A stretch of DNA of 64,000 nucleotides, taken from contig JANJGN010000001.1 in assembly GCA_026770705.1 (NCBI GenBank), positions 208,568,001 through 208,632,000 on the forward strand. The letters run 5' to 3'. The notes under the pieces were generated by a model. It saw nothing but the letters and a program-made list of their open reading frames with translations. It ran no database searches and was not told where the DNA came from. Shown piece after piece: positions 13,313-26,715 of this stretch. Source of the DNA: Isurus oxyrinchus. Lineage: Eukaryota. The position numbers and the translations under genes were made by a program. Each line of letters begins with the position of its first letter. The stretch's first letter is position 1.

Positions 13313-14649
13313 ATAAGATGTTACATGTTGTGGAAGTATATGAAATCAAGGGGATTGGGTTTACAATGGGCAATAATATGGCCTTACAAGAACCAGCACA
13401 CTCTATGAACAATTAAAAAAGGGAAATATACTAAATGACGCTAAAATGTGCGTACATAATGCACACAGCTTATCATAAAGGAATTTAATATTTTGTATTT
13501 ATGTCTGTTTCCGTGATTAGGGTAAGAGTTATGTTTGAGTTGAATGTCTAACATTGGGAGTCCCATAAGACAGGAAATTGAAGCACGCATTCAAAAGAAA
13601 TATTTTCCACTTAGGAGATGGTGTTGGAGTTTGTTATAGAATGGAAATTTGGATGTGTGTTAGCGAAGTACAATCATGATAGGTATTTTCCTGAGGTCAG
13701 ATCAGTGGTGGAAGAAAGATAAGGAGTGCTCCACAGAGGGATGGATGTGTAAGACATGCCAGAAGACAATGGGACAGTTGTGAGAGCTGGCAGCAAGTGT
13801 GAACATGGGCAATACACTCAGTAGTTAAGCAACTGGAGGGAGCTAAAAGGCAGGACACAGGTGCTCAGGGTAGCAAGAGAGATGAGAAGGAGGGGGAAAG
13901 AGGAAAAAAAATGGCTGTTCAGTTTGGGCAGTAGGAGAGAGCAGCAAAGGCAAAGGACTAGTGCTTGAGGTGGCAAAAGATAGAAGTGGCGAATGGGAAC
14001 AGAAGAAGCAAGAGGTGCTCTGGCCCAGTTGAGCACAGACACAGTTGAAAGGATCAGGGAAAGGCACAAATGCTAATTGAGGGCAGAGAGAGATGGTGGA
14101 ACTGAACAATCGGGTTGCTTGGACTGGTGAGGAGAGAGTTATGAAGTATAATTCTTTCCTTTGATTTTCTAGAATCAGAAATCAATAGGGTTTTCAATAT
14201 AGAAAGCCTTACTTTAGTTAACAACATACACTACTGTTTAAAAAATAGATCTTTCCATTGCAAGGAATTCCTTTTCCAACTCTGTGCCACAAAAAGCCAG
14301 ATTTCTGCTGTCAGAGAACTACTTTTTGAAGTATGCAAGAAATTTAAATTCAATTTTTGCCCTTAGAGTCTTGATGGGGTGGCAACATAAAACCACCTAT
14401 TAACTTGAAGTCATAAGTTAGGAGGCCTCTGAAATACTGTGAAAACAAACTGTAAAAGGCTCAAGCAAAGGTGCGGGAAATGAATAGGTAGCTTCAATAG
14501 GTAGCCAAAATAGGCATAACACAGAGGATGCATAAGATGTATTTGAAACGTTTAATATATTTAGGTTAAATGTTAAGATCAAATTATCCAAAAATTATGC
14601 AGCTAGATTCTATAAAATTTATACTAAATGATACAAGGTGGATACATAC

Positions 14650-14720
14650 TGTGTCCTTGATATTAATCGGGCACTTGTGTTCACACAGCAGTTGAACAAT
14701 GGAAATAGAACCACTTCCAG
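14650..14720 (-). CDS. RAI14: RAI14 coding exon; 71 nt
   Basis: tctag|...|gtatgt. (A)GSGSISIVQLLCEHKCPINIKDT; phase 1 in, phase 0 out. Confidence 0.9.
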
Positions 14721-15899
14721 CTAGAAATTAGAAAAGAGTTATTACTATATTTTTATTCATAAATCATGTTTGCTTCAATTTATATATATATTTTAAAAAT
14801 CATATTTTTATTTTATACAGTATGAGACAAAAATAGAAGATAATTTTTTCTTAAAATTATTCCAAATTTTTTTCTATGAAGCTCATTTTTTAATGTCAGA
14901 AAATGTTCCGAAACTCTTTTGTTTTCTCATGGAACTCAACCTTTAATTTCAATTTTGCGGCTCTCACAATAGCTTGTAAACACCAAAATTACAATAAAAC
15001 TTATTGTCTAAACTTTTTGAATGGGTTGTTGCCACTTGATCATGGAATCTTTCTGCAAATACTTGCAATTCAATGTCCTTGCTGCCTATAAAATTTAGAA
15101 TACAACAACAACATCCATTGTCACTCTAGAACTCTTGATCTCTGTGGCTCCTCATCGCATTCTATTCTCCTGCAACGTGTCTCTTTTGTAGTTCACATGC
15201 ATGGAACTGCCTGAGATTGGATGGAAAAATGAGTGTCTGCAAAATGGGAATGTGTTTGAATGAGCAACTTGCGTTCCTAGCACACAAAGCTCTCTGCTGA
15301 GAGGACTTAATATGAAAATTTACCCTAAGGAGCCTCCAACCCCAAGCCTCAGTAATGACCCAGCATAGGTGGGACTTCTAACTGATCAAGTGGAAAATCG
15401 TTGACACCAACCCAATCCCATAATGCTGGAGTGCATTTGAACCTGCTGTGCCATGATACCATCCAATCAGACATTTCAGGCTCAAGTTGTACTGCATTTT
15501 CTGTTGGTACAAAGTGTTTTCATGTAGGCTTTCAAAGGGAGCAGTATAGCTCAGGAGTCAGCTATCAACCTAACTTCCAACAGCAGCAAAACAGAATGAC
15601 AGCTCCTCCACGAGGCATCACACATCTTTGCGTTGGTTGCAGTTTAATTCCAGTAGTGTGAAGTCAGATTTTAAAAGTGCTCAAGATAAACTTTGGTTCA
15701 TTGAGGCAGGCCTCTGAATCACCAGGTTACTAGCCTTCTCAAACAAATAAGAGTCTTTTCAAATGTTAAGAGAAAACTGCACTCTATTATAGGGCAGCCT
15801 CTTATTGAGCTTATTGCGAGTTGCCAGTTATGTTGCATGCTTGCAGCTATTAGTGTTAGGCCTGTATCATGGTCATTTTTCCATCCCAGCCCATGATTG

Positions 15900-16180
15900 T
15901 TCTTAGGATGTGGTGGACTTTTGCAAGGCAGTATTTACTGCCCATCCCCAGCTGCTCTAAGGGCCTGAAGAGTCAGTTCATAGTATGGGACTGAAGTCAC
16001 ATGTAGCCAGATTGAGTTGCGTGGCAGGTTCTCTTCTGTGAAGGATATCAGTGAGCCAGCTGAGTTTTTACGATAATCTGGTAGCATTTGTGGTTATTTT
16101 TTTTCTAGTGCCAGCCCACAATTGACAAAATTTACTGAATCTACTTTCACAATTTCTGCAATCATAACCACTAGACTATG
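15900..16180 (-). mobile_element. Old SINE sharing its body with the 63170 element and its tail with the 17790 LINE family (HE1/V-SINE-like)
   Basis: Minus strand tctggctacatgtgacttcag aligns to 63377-63398 and then runs directly into a ggggatgggcagtaaatactg tail like 18260-18280. Confidence 0.55.
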
Positions 16181-16499
16181 GAACTGATTAATCTGCATCA
16201 TTTTGTGAGGTATGTATGAATCAATTCCATCGCTTTATGGTGCTGAAGTGTCATTAACAACCATGTGCAATTCTATTTGCATCCAATTTCAATCTCCTGC
16301 ACATTTAGACAGAAGCAGCAAACATGGCAATGCATTGCTTTGAATCAGATTGCTACACATTGACCTCAAATGTAGCAGTTGTGCCAGTGGAATTTTATCT
16401 TATGTGAAGTGGGGAAGGAGAGCAGCTAAAATGAAGCAACTGCATTTACTCCTCTATTCCGACAATTTAACCATTTTAATGCTGCTGTTTGGCAGCAGT

Positions 16500-17520
16500 G
16501 AACAACAATAGTAATTTGTATTTAAATAAACACCGTTAATGTGATAAAACGACCCAAGACACTTCACAGAGACATCATAAAACAAAATATGACACTGAGC
16601 CACTTAAGGAGATATAAGGGCTGATGATCAAAAGCTTGGCCAAAGAGGGAGGTTTTAAGGAGTGTCTTAAAGGAGGAAAGTGAGGTGTGAGGTAAATTCC
16701 AGAGCTTAGGGCCCAGGCAGCTAAGGCACAACCACCAATGGTGGGGCAATCAAAGTCAGGGTGCTCAAGTGACCTCACACAGATGTGAGATGGTGACCTC
16801 ACCATGAAGGATTTGAAAACAAGGATAAGAATTTTAAAATTGATGAGTTGCTTAACCTGGAGCCAGTCTAGGTCAATGATCACAGGGGTGATGGTGAACA
16901 GGATTTGGTGGAATTAGGACATGAGCAGCAAAGTTTGGATGACCTCAAGTTTACGGAGGGTAGAATGTGGGAGAAGTGTGTTAAAATAGTTAAGTCTGGA
17001 GGTAACAAAAGCATGGAAGCAGGGTGGATTAAGCGATGTTATGAAGATGGGTCTTCGTGAGGGTGTGAGTACAAAGTTCAACTCAGGAGTCAAATATAAC
17101 ACAAACAATATGGTTCAGCTTCAGATGCAGCCAGGGAGACGGGTGGTGTAGGTGGGAAGGGAGTGGAGTTTGCGACGGGGACTGAAAACAATGACTTCCA
17201 TATTCCTCATGTTTAAGTGGAGGAAATTTCTGCTTATCCAATATTGTACATCAGACAAACTGCTGAACAATTTAGATACAGTGGAGTTGAGAGAGGTGGT
17301 GGTGAGGCAAAGCTGGGTGTCACAGCATATATAATGTGTTTTTGGATGATGTCACTGCTGGGCAGGATGTAGTTGAAAAATAGGAGGGAACCAAGGACCG
17401 ATCCTTGGGGGACACCAGAGATTACTGTGCAGTAACGGAAGAGGAGGCGTTGATGGTGATTCCCTGGCCATGATCAGATAGATAAGAATGGAACCAGGTG
17501 CGTGCAGTACCACCCAACTG
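16500..17520 (-). mobile_element. L2 LINE 3' fragment
   Basis: ORF2 C-terminal remnants HAFVTSRLNYFNTLL..LRKLEVIQ and LDWLQVKQLINFKILILVFKS. Confidence 0.85.
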
Positions 17521-17750
17521 AGGAGAGAGATGAGGCAAAATTTTTTTACTTAAGAGGGTCATGAGTCTTTGGAACTCTCTTCCTGAAAAGGTAGTGGAAG
17601 CAGAGTCTTTGAATATTTTTAAGGTAAATGTGGATAGATTCCTGGTAAGCAAGGGGGTGATAAGGTTATCTGGGGTAGATTTCAGGTTACCATCAGATCA
17701 GCCATGACCTTATTAAATGGCGGAGCAGGCTCGAGGGGCTGAATGGCCTA
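17521..17750 (+). mobile_element. CR1 LINE 3' end
   Basis: Homologous to 13020-13312. Confidence 0.8.
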
Positions 17751-17789
17751 CATAGAAACATAGAAAATAGGAGCAGGAGTAACTTACCT

Positions 17790-18318
17790 TCTGACTCCCC
17801 AAAGCCTGTCCACAAGTCACAAGTCAGAAGTGTGATGGAATACTCTCCAGTTGCCTAGATGAGTGCAGTTTCAACAATACTCACAAAGCTAGACATCATC
17901 CAGGTCAAAGCAGTCCGCTTGATCGGCACCCCATTCACTCCCTTCACCACTGACACACAGTGGCAGCAGTGTGCATCATTCAAAAGATATACTGTAGCAA
18001 CTCACCAAGGTTCCTTTGACAGCACCTTCCAAACTCGTAACCACTGCTACCTACAGCGACAAGGGCAGATGTGTGGGAACACCACCGCCTGCACGTTCCC
18101 CTCCAAGTCACACACCGTCCTGACTTGGAACCATACCCCTTCACTGTTGCGGGATCAAAATCCTGGAACTCCTGTCCTAGCAGCACTTTAGTGTAATGTG
18201 CATGAGATGGACTGCAGTGGTTCAAGATGGTGGCTCACCTCCACCTTCTCAAGGGCAATTAAGGATGGGCAACAAATGCTGGACTTACCAGTGACAACCA
18301 AATTCCATGAAAGAATTA
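17790..18318 (+). mobile_element. CR1-group LINE 3' end (MEYSPLAW family)
   Basis: gtgatggaatactctcca = VMEYSP; KLDIIQVKAVRLIG; tail gggcaattaaggatgggcaacaaatgctgg. Confidence 0.8.
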
Positions 18319-18567
18319 ACAAAAAAAATTTGGCCAACTGCTCCTTTATGTCTAATATGTGAGAGCAGCCGGCTGGTGGCATACAAATAAGGTCAGTACT
18401 GATTTTAACTCCAATGACAACTCCCACATAGGACTGCCACCACTCTTGTTGGGGATGGATGAAATCAACCTTAGAGTGTTCCTCATGTTTTTCAGAATAT
18501 TTGCAGATTAGCATTTAGTCCCTCAGTATATCATGAACAATGTATTTAAACAAATAATATTCCTTAC

Positions 18568-18625
18568 CTGCATGGTGCAAGGCTGTCTTCCCATTGCTGT
18601 CAGCACATTCCACAGGACACTTGTA
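18568..18625 (-). CDS. RAI14: RAI14 coding exon; 58 nt
   Basis: aatag|...|gtaagg. YKCPVECADSNGKTALHHA(A); phase 0 in, phase 1 out. Confidence 0.9.
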
Positions 18626-20891
18626 CTATTAAGAAGAAACATGGAGTGAGAGAAATTTGTTTTAATGTTCTGCTCTAGAGCTATGTGTCTGTTTTGGATA
18701 CAATAACAATGTTAGTTTAGAGGCACTTCACATTTCTTTCATTAGTCTGACATTACATCCTATAGGACTTATCTCATGCATATGATGGATATGACACAAC
18801 AGAGAGGGAAAACTAGACAGAGTGAGCCTTTTTCTTGTGAAGTTAAACAATTACATACTTAGTTTACTGAAGTATTAAATCTCTCAAGACTACTATACTT
18901 TAAATAACAAGTCAAATTTAAAGTTACCAGCAACTTTTGAATGATGACATAATGATTAACTCCAAAAGTATAAAAATTAAGTTTTATTAAAGAGACACAG
19001 TATAACATAATTCTAATTCTACAAAGCTTGATGGCTAAACAATGTTTTCAATTTTGATCATTTCCTACCCTCATCCTGATGAAGTAAAATTAATCAAAAG
19101 CTAAGGTTGAGACGGTGTTATTGTTTAATAGCTTCAAAATGCAAACTGCACAAAGATTGGAAGATGGGCATTCAGCTGAAATGGGAAAAGAAAGAGGCAC
19201 TGTGTAACAAGACGAAGAAACTAACTATGTTCCCTTTTAGATGAAAGATGGAGACATTCCAGTGTACCCAGTCCATCTGATGCCACATTTACATTGAACA
19301 TCTGCAGCTGAAGCCAAACCTTCCCCCATTCCAATCTTAAAAATTCTTAAATTGCCAATACCAGGCCAAATTCAACCTTATAGGCCTCCTGTAATCATTC
19401 ACTGTACTGTGTGGCATTTGCAGTTGAAGTTCAGACAATAGACTAGCCACCTTCTAGCCTTAATAAAAACTCACAGGCCCCCTCCTACACTGGCACTTTC
19501 CTTTTGCTACTGATTAAAGAGTTACCTAGCTTATCTGCTTTTCTGGTTTATAGACCAGTGGTACAGAAACCAGTGTAAATCACACACTATATGAGTTTGA
19601 ACAACATGCACACAACTTTACCACCCACTTCAAAACCAATCAATCAGAGTTGAATTGATTAATGAGTACTCTCCACATGCCATGTTACAGAATCTGGTTT
19701 GATGGTAGATGTTAGCCAGGCAACATTTGTACTTTGGAAGAAATAGATTTAGTCCTTTTTATCTGTTTTTGTTTTCTACACATTAAACACTGGCATTTGG
19801 CAGTTTTAACTAGTTGTTATTTTCAATGATTGCATTAATTTTATTTACATCAGCACGTGGTGAGGAGGGAGTGTCACAAAACCATATTAAAACAAAGTCA
19901 ACTCTTATGTTTAGTAGAGCTTTTAAACAGGTGATGAATTTTAATCCTTATTACTGTTTTTCTGCTTAAAACCATAGATGCTAAGCCCTGCTTCCATCCT
20001 CGTTGGTCTTCTTTTTTTCCAGACTCATCCAACAAGCTTGCCTTAATAGAAAGGATGGGTCAGGAGGGAGAAGAGTAGAGAACAGCAAAAGTTAAAAAGT
20101 AAATAGGAATGATGAGTAAGCCATAATAAAAGAATGAAAGAAAATGAATTAAAATAGATTGATGCCTAAATCAGAAAGAAACTGAAAAGAGAAAAAAGAC
20201 CAGCTTTGAGTGTCAAAAAGACGACAACAGAGAGGGAGATTAAAAGAGAGGGATTTGAAAAGGTGGGACAAGGGTGAATAAGAGCAGAAAAGAGATGAAA
20301 AGTGAGAGACTGGAAGGTAAAGAAAGATGGTGAGTGAGAAAGAGAGGAGAGTTGGTGTGGGAGGAGGGCCATGCAACTAGGCTGAGAGTGTGAGGAAACA
20401 CGCAGGCAGGCAAAAGAGGGAAGGAGGGCAGCAAGTGGAAAGTGAGAGTAGAGAAAATAGGACCAAATAGGAAAGAGGAAGACACAGAAAGAGAGAAAGG
20501 GGGAATGAAGAACTGTACAGAAATATAACCTTATAATTCTCCCTCAGAAAGATCAATTACTAAATGCTATAGTTTGACCATGAGTGAGGCTAATAACCTA
20601 TGTTGCAACTGCATTTGCAAAGGGCCACATGATGCATCTCTCAAGCATAAGTGACTGGAAGATTCACTGATGTGTGGGGCAATACTGGAAAATTGGAAAG
20701 TCTTACTATATCGGAAATGTATTGGCCAATTGGAAATTAATATTAGAAGAGACAATTTTCTAAAAAAAATTGTCCTTAAATTTTAAAACGTTATTTAATA
20801 AATGCTGGTTTCCATTATCTGTACCCTTGGAAGTTAAGAGTCATTAGTTAAATGATAAATTATACATAGCAAAAACGTAAGTCACCACTAC

Positions 20892-20956
20892 CTGAAGGAT
20901 CTTCTTCACACATTCTTGGTGACTATTTTTTGAAGCAAGGTGCAGAGCATTGTAAC
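20892..20956 (-). CDS. RAI14: RAI14 coding exon; 65 nt
   Basis: tgtag|...|gtagt. (G)YNALHLASKNSHQECVKKILQ; phase 1 in, phase 0 out. Confidence 0.9.
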
Positions 20957-22592
20957 CTACAATTCAAGCAGGGAGGGAAAGGGTTAAAAATTAGTACATT
21001 AACTGCTACTTTTTAAACTGCAAAACATAAAAGTGCCACTTAAATACTAGCTCCTCAGTTTTATGTGCACAAAGTGAAGCTGGATTTATAGTCTGAAATT
21101 TACAGCTAAAAATAGATTCTACTGGCAGACAAGAAACATAATCCAGAACATAACATGCATTTCATTTCTTTTCTCTGATTCAGCAACCTCCCAGCAAGAA
21201 TGTCAGTAAAACTAATGGAATCCTAAGTACTGTAACAGAAGAAAGAAGTGTCCTTTGGAGGAAATGAAACAGATAATTGATTAATTGAATGGCAATGGCT
21301 ACTGCAATTAAAGGAAGAAGTTGCTGAATTGAAAACCCAATGCAAGCAGTGAATGCTGGAAACCATCACATCAGTCAACATCGGAAAGATGAAGACATTA
21401 ACATTTAGTGTGTAGACCCTCATCAAATCTTTAAATTATTCATCTGATTGGTATGAGCTGAAAAAGAGACCCTGGTTTGTTAAGTATATTCACCCTTAGA
21501 TTAGCTGCAAAACCAGGAAAATACCAGGCAGACACCTTGGGTGGAATTTTCTGAGCCTGCTGGCGGCAGGCGTGATAGGTGGTGTGCGCGGAAAACATGG
21601 AGGGACCTACTTCACGACAGCGAGAAGGGAGATCGTGACCTTCCGCTCAGTCAGCTGAAACAGGCCACATTTCCCGTTATCGGTCGGCAGGGAGCTCATT
21701 GTAATACATTAGCATATAATTAAATGACCATCCTGCCAGGCTCTTGGAACCCCGCCAATTCATCCGTATACGTCGGCTGGAAAGCACGCCAAGGTGTTTC
21801 ACAATAGCATTACAGGCAACGTGCACTTGGCAGCCTTCGCTTTGGGGAAACTGAGCAGCAGCATTCTCCACGGCTTGCCTGTTGTTTACAGGCCTCAGGG
21901 GTGCCGGGTGGTGGTGGTGGTGGGGGGGGGGGCTGATGCCTGGACCCGCAGGCAACTGCTGAGGGGTGGGGGTGTCCGGAGGCAAGTGCTGGCCAGCTCT
22001 GAGGGGATTGCTGAAGGTGGCCGGCGGGGGGGTCCACTGCTGCATCCCGCGCACAGATTGGGGGCAGGGTAAGCGAGGGAATTGGCCACGCATTAGGGAT
22101 AACTGTATAAACTGACCATTCCTCTGTAACTGAGGCACATCAGGCACAGCCACAGTGATATGACTGCAGTCTGCCCATGCCAGCAATGCGGCAGCACCAA
22201 AGAGCTACTAAGCACTCAATTCCTTACCTACCCCCATACCCCCACCCCCGTCAGGCACAAACTTCAAGTCCGCTACCACTTTATTGGACTGTGAAGCAGT
22301 TGGACAGTTGTACAATCTCCTTGCCAACATTGGCCATGTAGCAGTCACTGCTGGAGGTACTCACAGTCCCTTGCAATCTCAGCATCCTGGTTTGGACCAG
22401 TGTTCCCCATGTCGCAGGCTGACAGGGCAGCCATGCAGCGCACTCATCTCTGGCTGTCCAAGGGGTAACCAGCACTCTCCGGGAAGCATTAAGAGGCGGT
22501 CACACAGGGCCAAGAAAGGTGCTAAGTACAACCATGATAACCACGTCTCTCTCTCCCTCTCTTTCATGCTGCAGGAGGACCACATCAGGATC

Positions 22593-23684
22593 ATGGATCC
22601 TGGTGACCTAGCTGTATGCCTGATGGCCTACAGAGACCACAGAAGACGGAGCAGAGAGTGACTGAGGTTCCTGGCTGCGCAAAGGCAGGAGCAGCACCCT
22701 CTTGAAGAAATGGCCGCAGAGGCTCCCGCACATGATGCCCAGGAGCGACAGTGAGCCGTGGCTGGTGGGCGCCTAGCGATACCCAGGGTCTATAGATGTC
22801 ACCTGCCATTCCTGCAGATGACTGAGAACCAGTGTCGCCGACGACTGTGCATGTCTAGGGACCTGATGGCCCATATCTGCCACTTACTGCAGAACTAGGT
22901 GCCAAAGAGACATGGAGGGCATCCACTGCTAGCGCTCAATTTCTATGTCAGTGGCTCCTTTCAGGGCTCCACAGGTGACCTCTGTGGGATTTCATAATCC
23001 GCCACCCACAAATGTATCCATCAGGTCATGGATGCCATCTTCTCCATGACACACAACTTTGTGCATTTGGCCAGGATCGGGACAGCCAGGATGCAGGGCC
23101 ATTGGATTCACCCTAATCTCAGGGTTCCCACAGGTGTAGGATGCGATTCACTGCACTCATGTGATGCTCAGGTCTCTGTCACTTCACTCAGTGGACTTCA
23201 TCAACCGCAATGTACAGCTGGTATGCGACCACCAGAAATGAATCCTGCAGGTATGTGCACAGTTTCCAGGGATTGTGCACATGTCTACATCCTGAGTCGC
23301 TCGCAAATCCCTGCAGTCTTCCAGGGTCAACAGATGTTGCAGGGATGGCTCCTTGGGGACAAGGGCTACCTGCAGAGGCCGTGGCTGATGACATCCATGC
23401 AGCGACCTCAGACTGCAGCAGAGCGACGCTACAATGAGGCTCGTGCAGCAGCTCGCAACTTGGTGGAGCAGACCATCGGGATGCTGAAGATGCGGTTCCG
23501 GTGCCTAGGCCAGTCTGGTGGAGCCCTGCAATACAGTCCACAGAGGGTATCACACATCATCATCATCTGCTGCACTCTTTACAACCTGGCGCTGCAACTG
23601 GGTGAGGAGCTGGCTGAGGAGGAGCTACACTGCTCATCAGAACAAGGACCTAAATGCAGGGAGACATTCTTGGGAGTTTATTGA
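22593..23684 (+). pseudogene. Harbinger DDE transposase, frameshifted
   Basis: MDPGDLAVCLMAYRD..., WLLGDKGYLQRPWLMT, YNEARAAARNLVEQTIGMLKMRFRCL, LQYSPQRVSHIIIICCTLYN. Confidence 0.92.
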
Positions 23685-23756
23685 CAACAGTCAACATTAC
23701 GTACTAGTGATTAACACCCGTGCCCAGGCTGTGCAGCTAATTCTCCTTAACTTCCT

Positions 23757-24476
23757 GCACACCCTTCCCTTCCTTGCCCTCACCTGGACACGCCCTGGTG
23801 TGCCTTGTCGCCGTCCTGCGGCGGAGGTCCCCGTTGGGGAGCCCTCAATGGAGGTGTCCTCCTGCTTTCCATCGGGGATCTGGGCTGGAGTGTGTTGCAT
23901 GCAGCAGTCCCGTACAACCGCAGGATATGTTGGTTCGTAGACTCGGGCACTTTTTGAGGTCTTGTGGAGTCTGTGGACCACGTTTATGTAGGGTGTTGTA
24001 GACTGCACTCCCTTTTCAGTTATTTAAAAGACCTTTTGTTGATGTTTTGTTTGCACTTCAGCCCCACGTTCCTGATCTACAGGCACCTGGTGCAGAGGGA
24101 GGCCGGGAGGGAGCAGGGCCTCCTTGTGAACCTGCTCCTGGGCCTGTCCAAATTGGCCATTAAATGGTCCAGGCAGCTGGCGATCGAGGGGGTCGTCCGA
24201 TCCGACTGTCTGCCCCTCTTCCGCGGCTACGTTCATGGCTGTGTGTCCCTGGAGAGGGAGCACGCGGTGTTGGCCTGCACCATCGAGGCCTTCCGTGCCC
24301 GGTGGGCACCGCGGGGACTGGGGTGCTTTATCGACCCCTTTAATTACATTTTGATTTGGCGTTTGTGAGTTTCCTTTAAAATTTGTTTTTGGTTTTGCAG
24401 TTCTTTAATTTAGGGGCTGTATTTATCTTGTCCCTCAGTTTTGTTAATTTATTTTGATTGGTTGGCTCCGAAAGAG
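23757..24476 (+). mobile_element. 5'-truncated Tx1-clade LINE (ORF2 C-terminus plus 3'UTR) nested in Harbinger copy 3
   Basis: GDLGWSVLHAAVPYNR; ESVDHVYVGCCRLHSLF; LLVNLLLGLSKLAI. 10-bp TSD ttaacttcct (23747-23756) / ttaatttcct (24477-24486). The empty site is seen in copy 2 near 10815. Confidence 0.82.
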
Positions 24477-24489
24477 TTAATTTCCTAAC

Positions 24490-26135
24490 CCTGCCACTAC
24501 ATCTTGGTGCTCCCTGGACATCCACAGCAGAGGTGGAGGCTGCCTGCTGACCGCTATGCCCTGTCTGTGATTACTTTGGTAGACATCCTCCAGAGGGCCC
24601 TGGCCCACTTTCAGGGTCCTGCTGTGTGGAGTGGCACCCTCCTTGGCCTGTGAAGCTGGATCTGCGAAGGTCACAGGAAGAGGGATTCGGGAGGGCCGGT
24701 CACTCCCACAGTCACCTTGGTGATGGCCCCGGAGTGTGCGTCTGCTGATCCTGCTCCCTATGAGTGCCGGATTAGCCCTGGCTGACTCTGAGCGGAAGCG
24801 GTAGCTGGAGTGAGATTGAGCTGCCAAGTACCCCTCTTGCGTACACACGTTGGAGGCCAACTACGACATCAGTGATGGAATTAAGCCCGTGCAGCAATGC
24901 AGGAGTAACATCCTGGTCCAAGATCTCAATGGCAACCGCCATTCTACCAATGTTGACCTCAGTGCATTGCAATTCCGGCGCTGTCATCTCAGCCTGAAGA
25001 CAGATGGACTCCTCTATCTTGCCTTGCAATTTGAGGAGTGCAGTGGACATCCCTACCTGTTGTTCCCTAGCATGCCTTTGCAGTTCCAGCAACTGTGACG
25101 TGACCGGGTCCAGAGGCTCGTCACCTGACTTGGACTCAGTAGTGTTCTGGCCTCCAGCAGTCCTCCGAGTGCCGGGGGCCTGGGAAGTCCCTGCCTCCGC
25201 CTTCTGTGGATCAACAAGTGCGATGTTCACCAGATTGTGATCCTGAGGCTACTCTAAATCTAGGCAGGTGTCTCTGCGCTGGTGGGGGGTGTGGGTGAAC
25301 AGTGTGAGAGGACCTCAGGGAGGGTGCCTTCGGATTCCTCCTCAGAGGTTTCTTCAGAGCTTGTTTAGAGGATCTGGGTTGTGGACTCTGTCGGCTGCTT
25401 CCCAGATGTGCCTGCAAAAGCAAGGGGAGATAATTAGTGCATGGCAGTGGCCTGTGAAAGAGGACACATCACTCACGGCATGGTTGTCTGATGGATGTTG
25501 CACTGCTGGATCCTACTTGGTAGAGTAGCGCCAACCTCACCATCAGCACCAGTCCTAGTCATCGACGGCCAGCTGGATGGCTCTGTTTATGAATTCTGTG
25601 GGAACTCTGAATTCCGGCATCCCTCCACCTGCCTGCGACCTTTCCCTCCTATTGTGAGCCAGTTTGTCCTGCATGGGTAGAAATAGGGAGAATCTATCAG
25701 GATGCCTGCTGGGCCAGATGATAAGTATACCTGGCCTGTGTGGGTAGTCAGTGGTCCCATGGATGGGATGAGGACAATGACGGTGTGTATGAAAGAGTGA
25801 ATGGTGATGTCCTTGCACTTGCAGTGAATGAGGGCCCTATGGGTGTGTGACGGGTTTGAGTGTGTGTGAGTTGGGAGTGATGAAAAGAGTGACTTACGCT
25901 GATGGAATGGAAGAGATCATTCATCCTTTTGTGGCACTGGGTGGCTGTCCTCCTCTGCAGGGCGTTCGCACTGACCACCGCTGCCACCACCTCCCAAGCC
26001 AGGTTGGTGACATTGCTCCTCATCCTGCGACCAGAGAGGGGGTAGAGCACATCCTGGAGGGCCTCCAGGGCATCCAGCTTGAGGGACCCATCGTTGAAGC
26101 GAGGGGGCTGCATCTCTTTTCCTTTGCTGGCTATG
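24490..26135 (-). pseudogene. Harbinger Myb/SANT-like gene, 3 exons (about 26135-25898, 25668-25477, 25411-)
   Basis: PRFNDGSL...DVLYP.SGRR...NLAWEVVAAVVSANALQRRTATQCHKRMNDL (trihelix-type Myb/SANT domain); DKLAHNRRERSQAGGG; coiled-coil-like C-terminus; GT-AG introns. Confidence 0.9.
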
Positions 26136-26158
26136 TCTCCTAGGCAGCGACTGAGCTG

Positions 26159-26715
26159 GGGGGGAAATTCAGGAGCGGGTGCATGTGGGCGTGCCTCCAT
26201 TTTACATGGGTGGGCCAATCAAGGCCCACCCAGTGTGACGTCCACCAGGAAACGCTATCTGCTCCCTATGTGGGCGGGGTGGGGGTGGGATTCCCTCAGC
26301 CGAGAGCGTGCTCTTACGCGTGTGCGCACAGGAGAGTACATTCATCTCTCACCAAATTCAATAACGTGAAAGACACATCCGTCATTTCTAATTTAACTTG
26401 TAATAAGTTTTTAAAAACCTACATGAAACCTCATCCCGCCCGTGGATGAGGTTTCATGCTTTTTCTGAAGCCCGCCAGGGCTCCCGGCCTGCCCGCCAAC
26501 TTTAAGGTTGGATGGGCAGGTCCATTAACTACTTCAATTAGTTTTTAAATGGCCTCAATTGACCGTTGACAGGTTGGCTGGAGCACAGCTGAATCGAACT
26601 GAAAACTGAAATGATGCGGGGTGACACCGGGAGCTCCGCTTGACGTCATCCCGCGTCATTTTACACGTCGGTGAGCGGGCCCTGCCCCTGGCTCAGCAAA
26701 CGCAATACCCTGCCC
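26159..26715 (+). mobile_element. Harbinger-type MITE nested in copy 3
   Basis: TSD CTG (26156-26158, 26716-26718). Internal motifs gccaatcaaggcccaccca and cgcgtcattttac are shared with the MITE at 31302. The host sequence rejoins across it. Confidence 0.78.

Noticed and set aside
13800-14140. Minus-strand ORFs in purine-rich tracts (also 20050-20520)
   Set aside because: Low-complexity composition suppresses stop codons; no protein motifs.
23028-23684. Intact or domesticated HARBI1 gene
   Set aside because: The ORF is a frameshift chimera within a TIR/TSD-bounded element, and the first catalytic motifs are disrupted.
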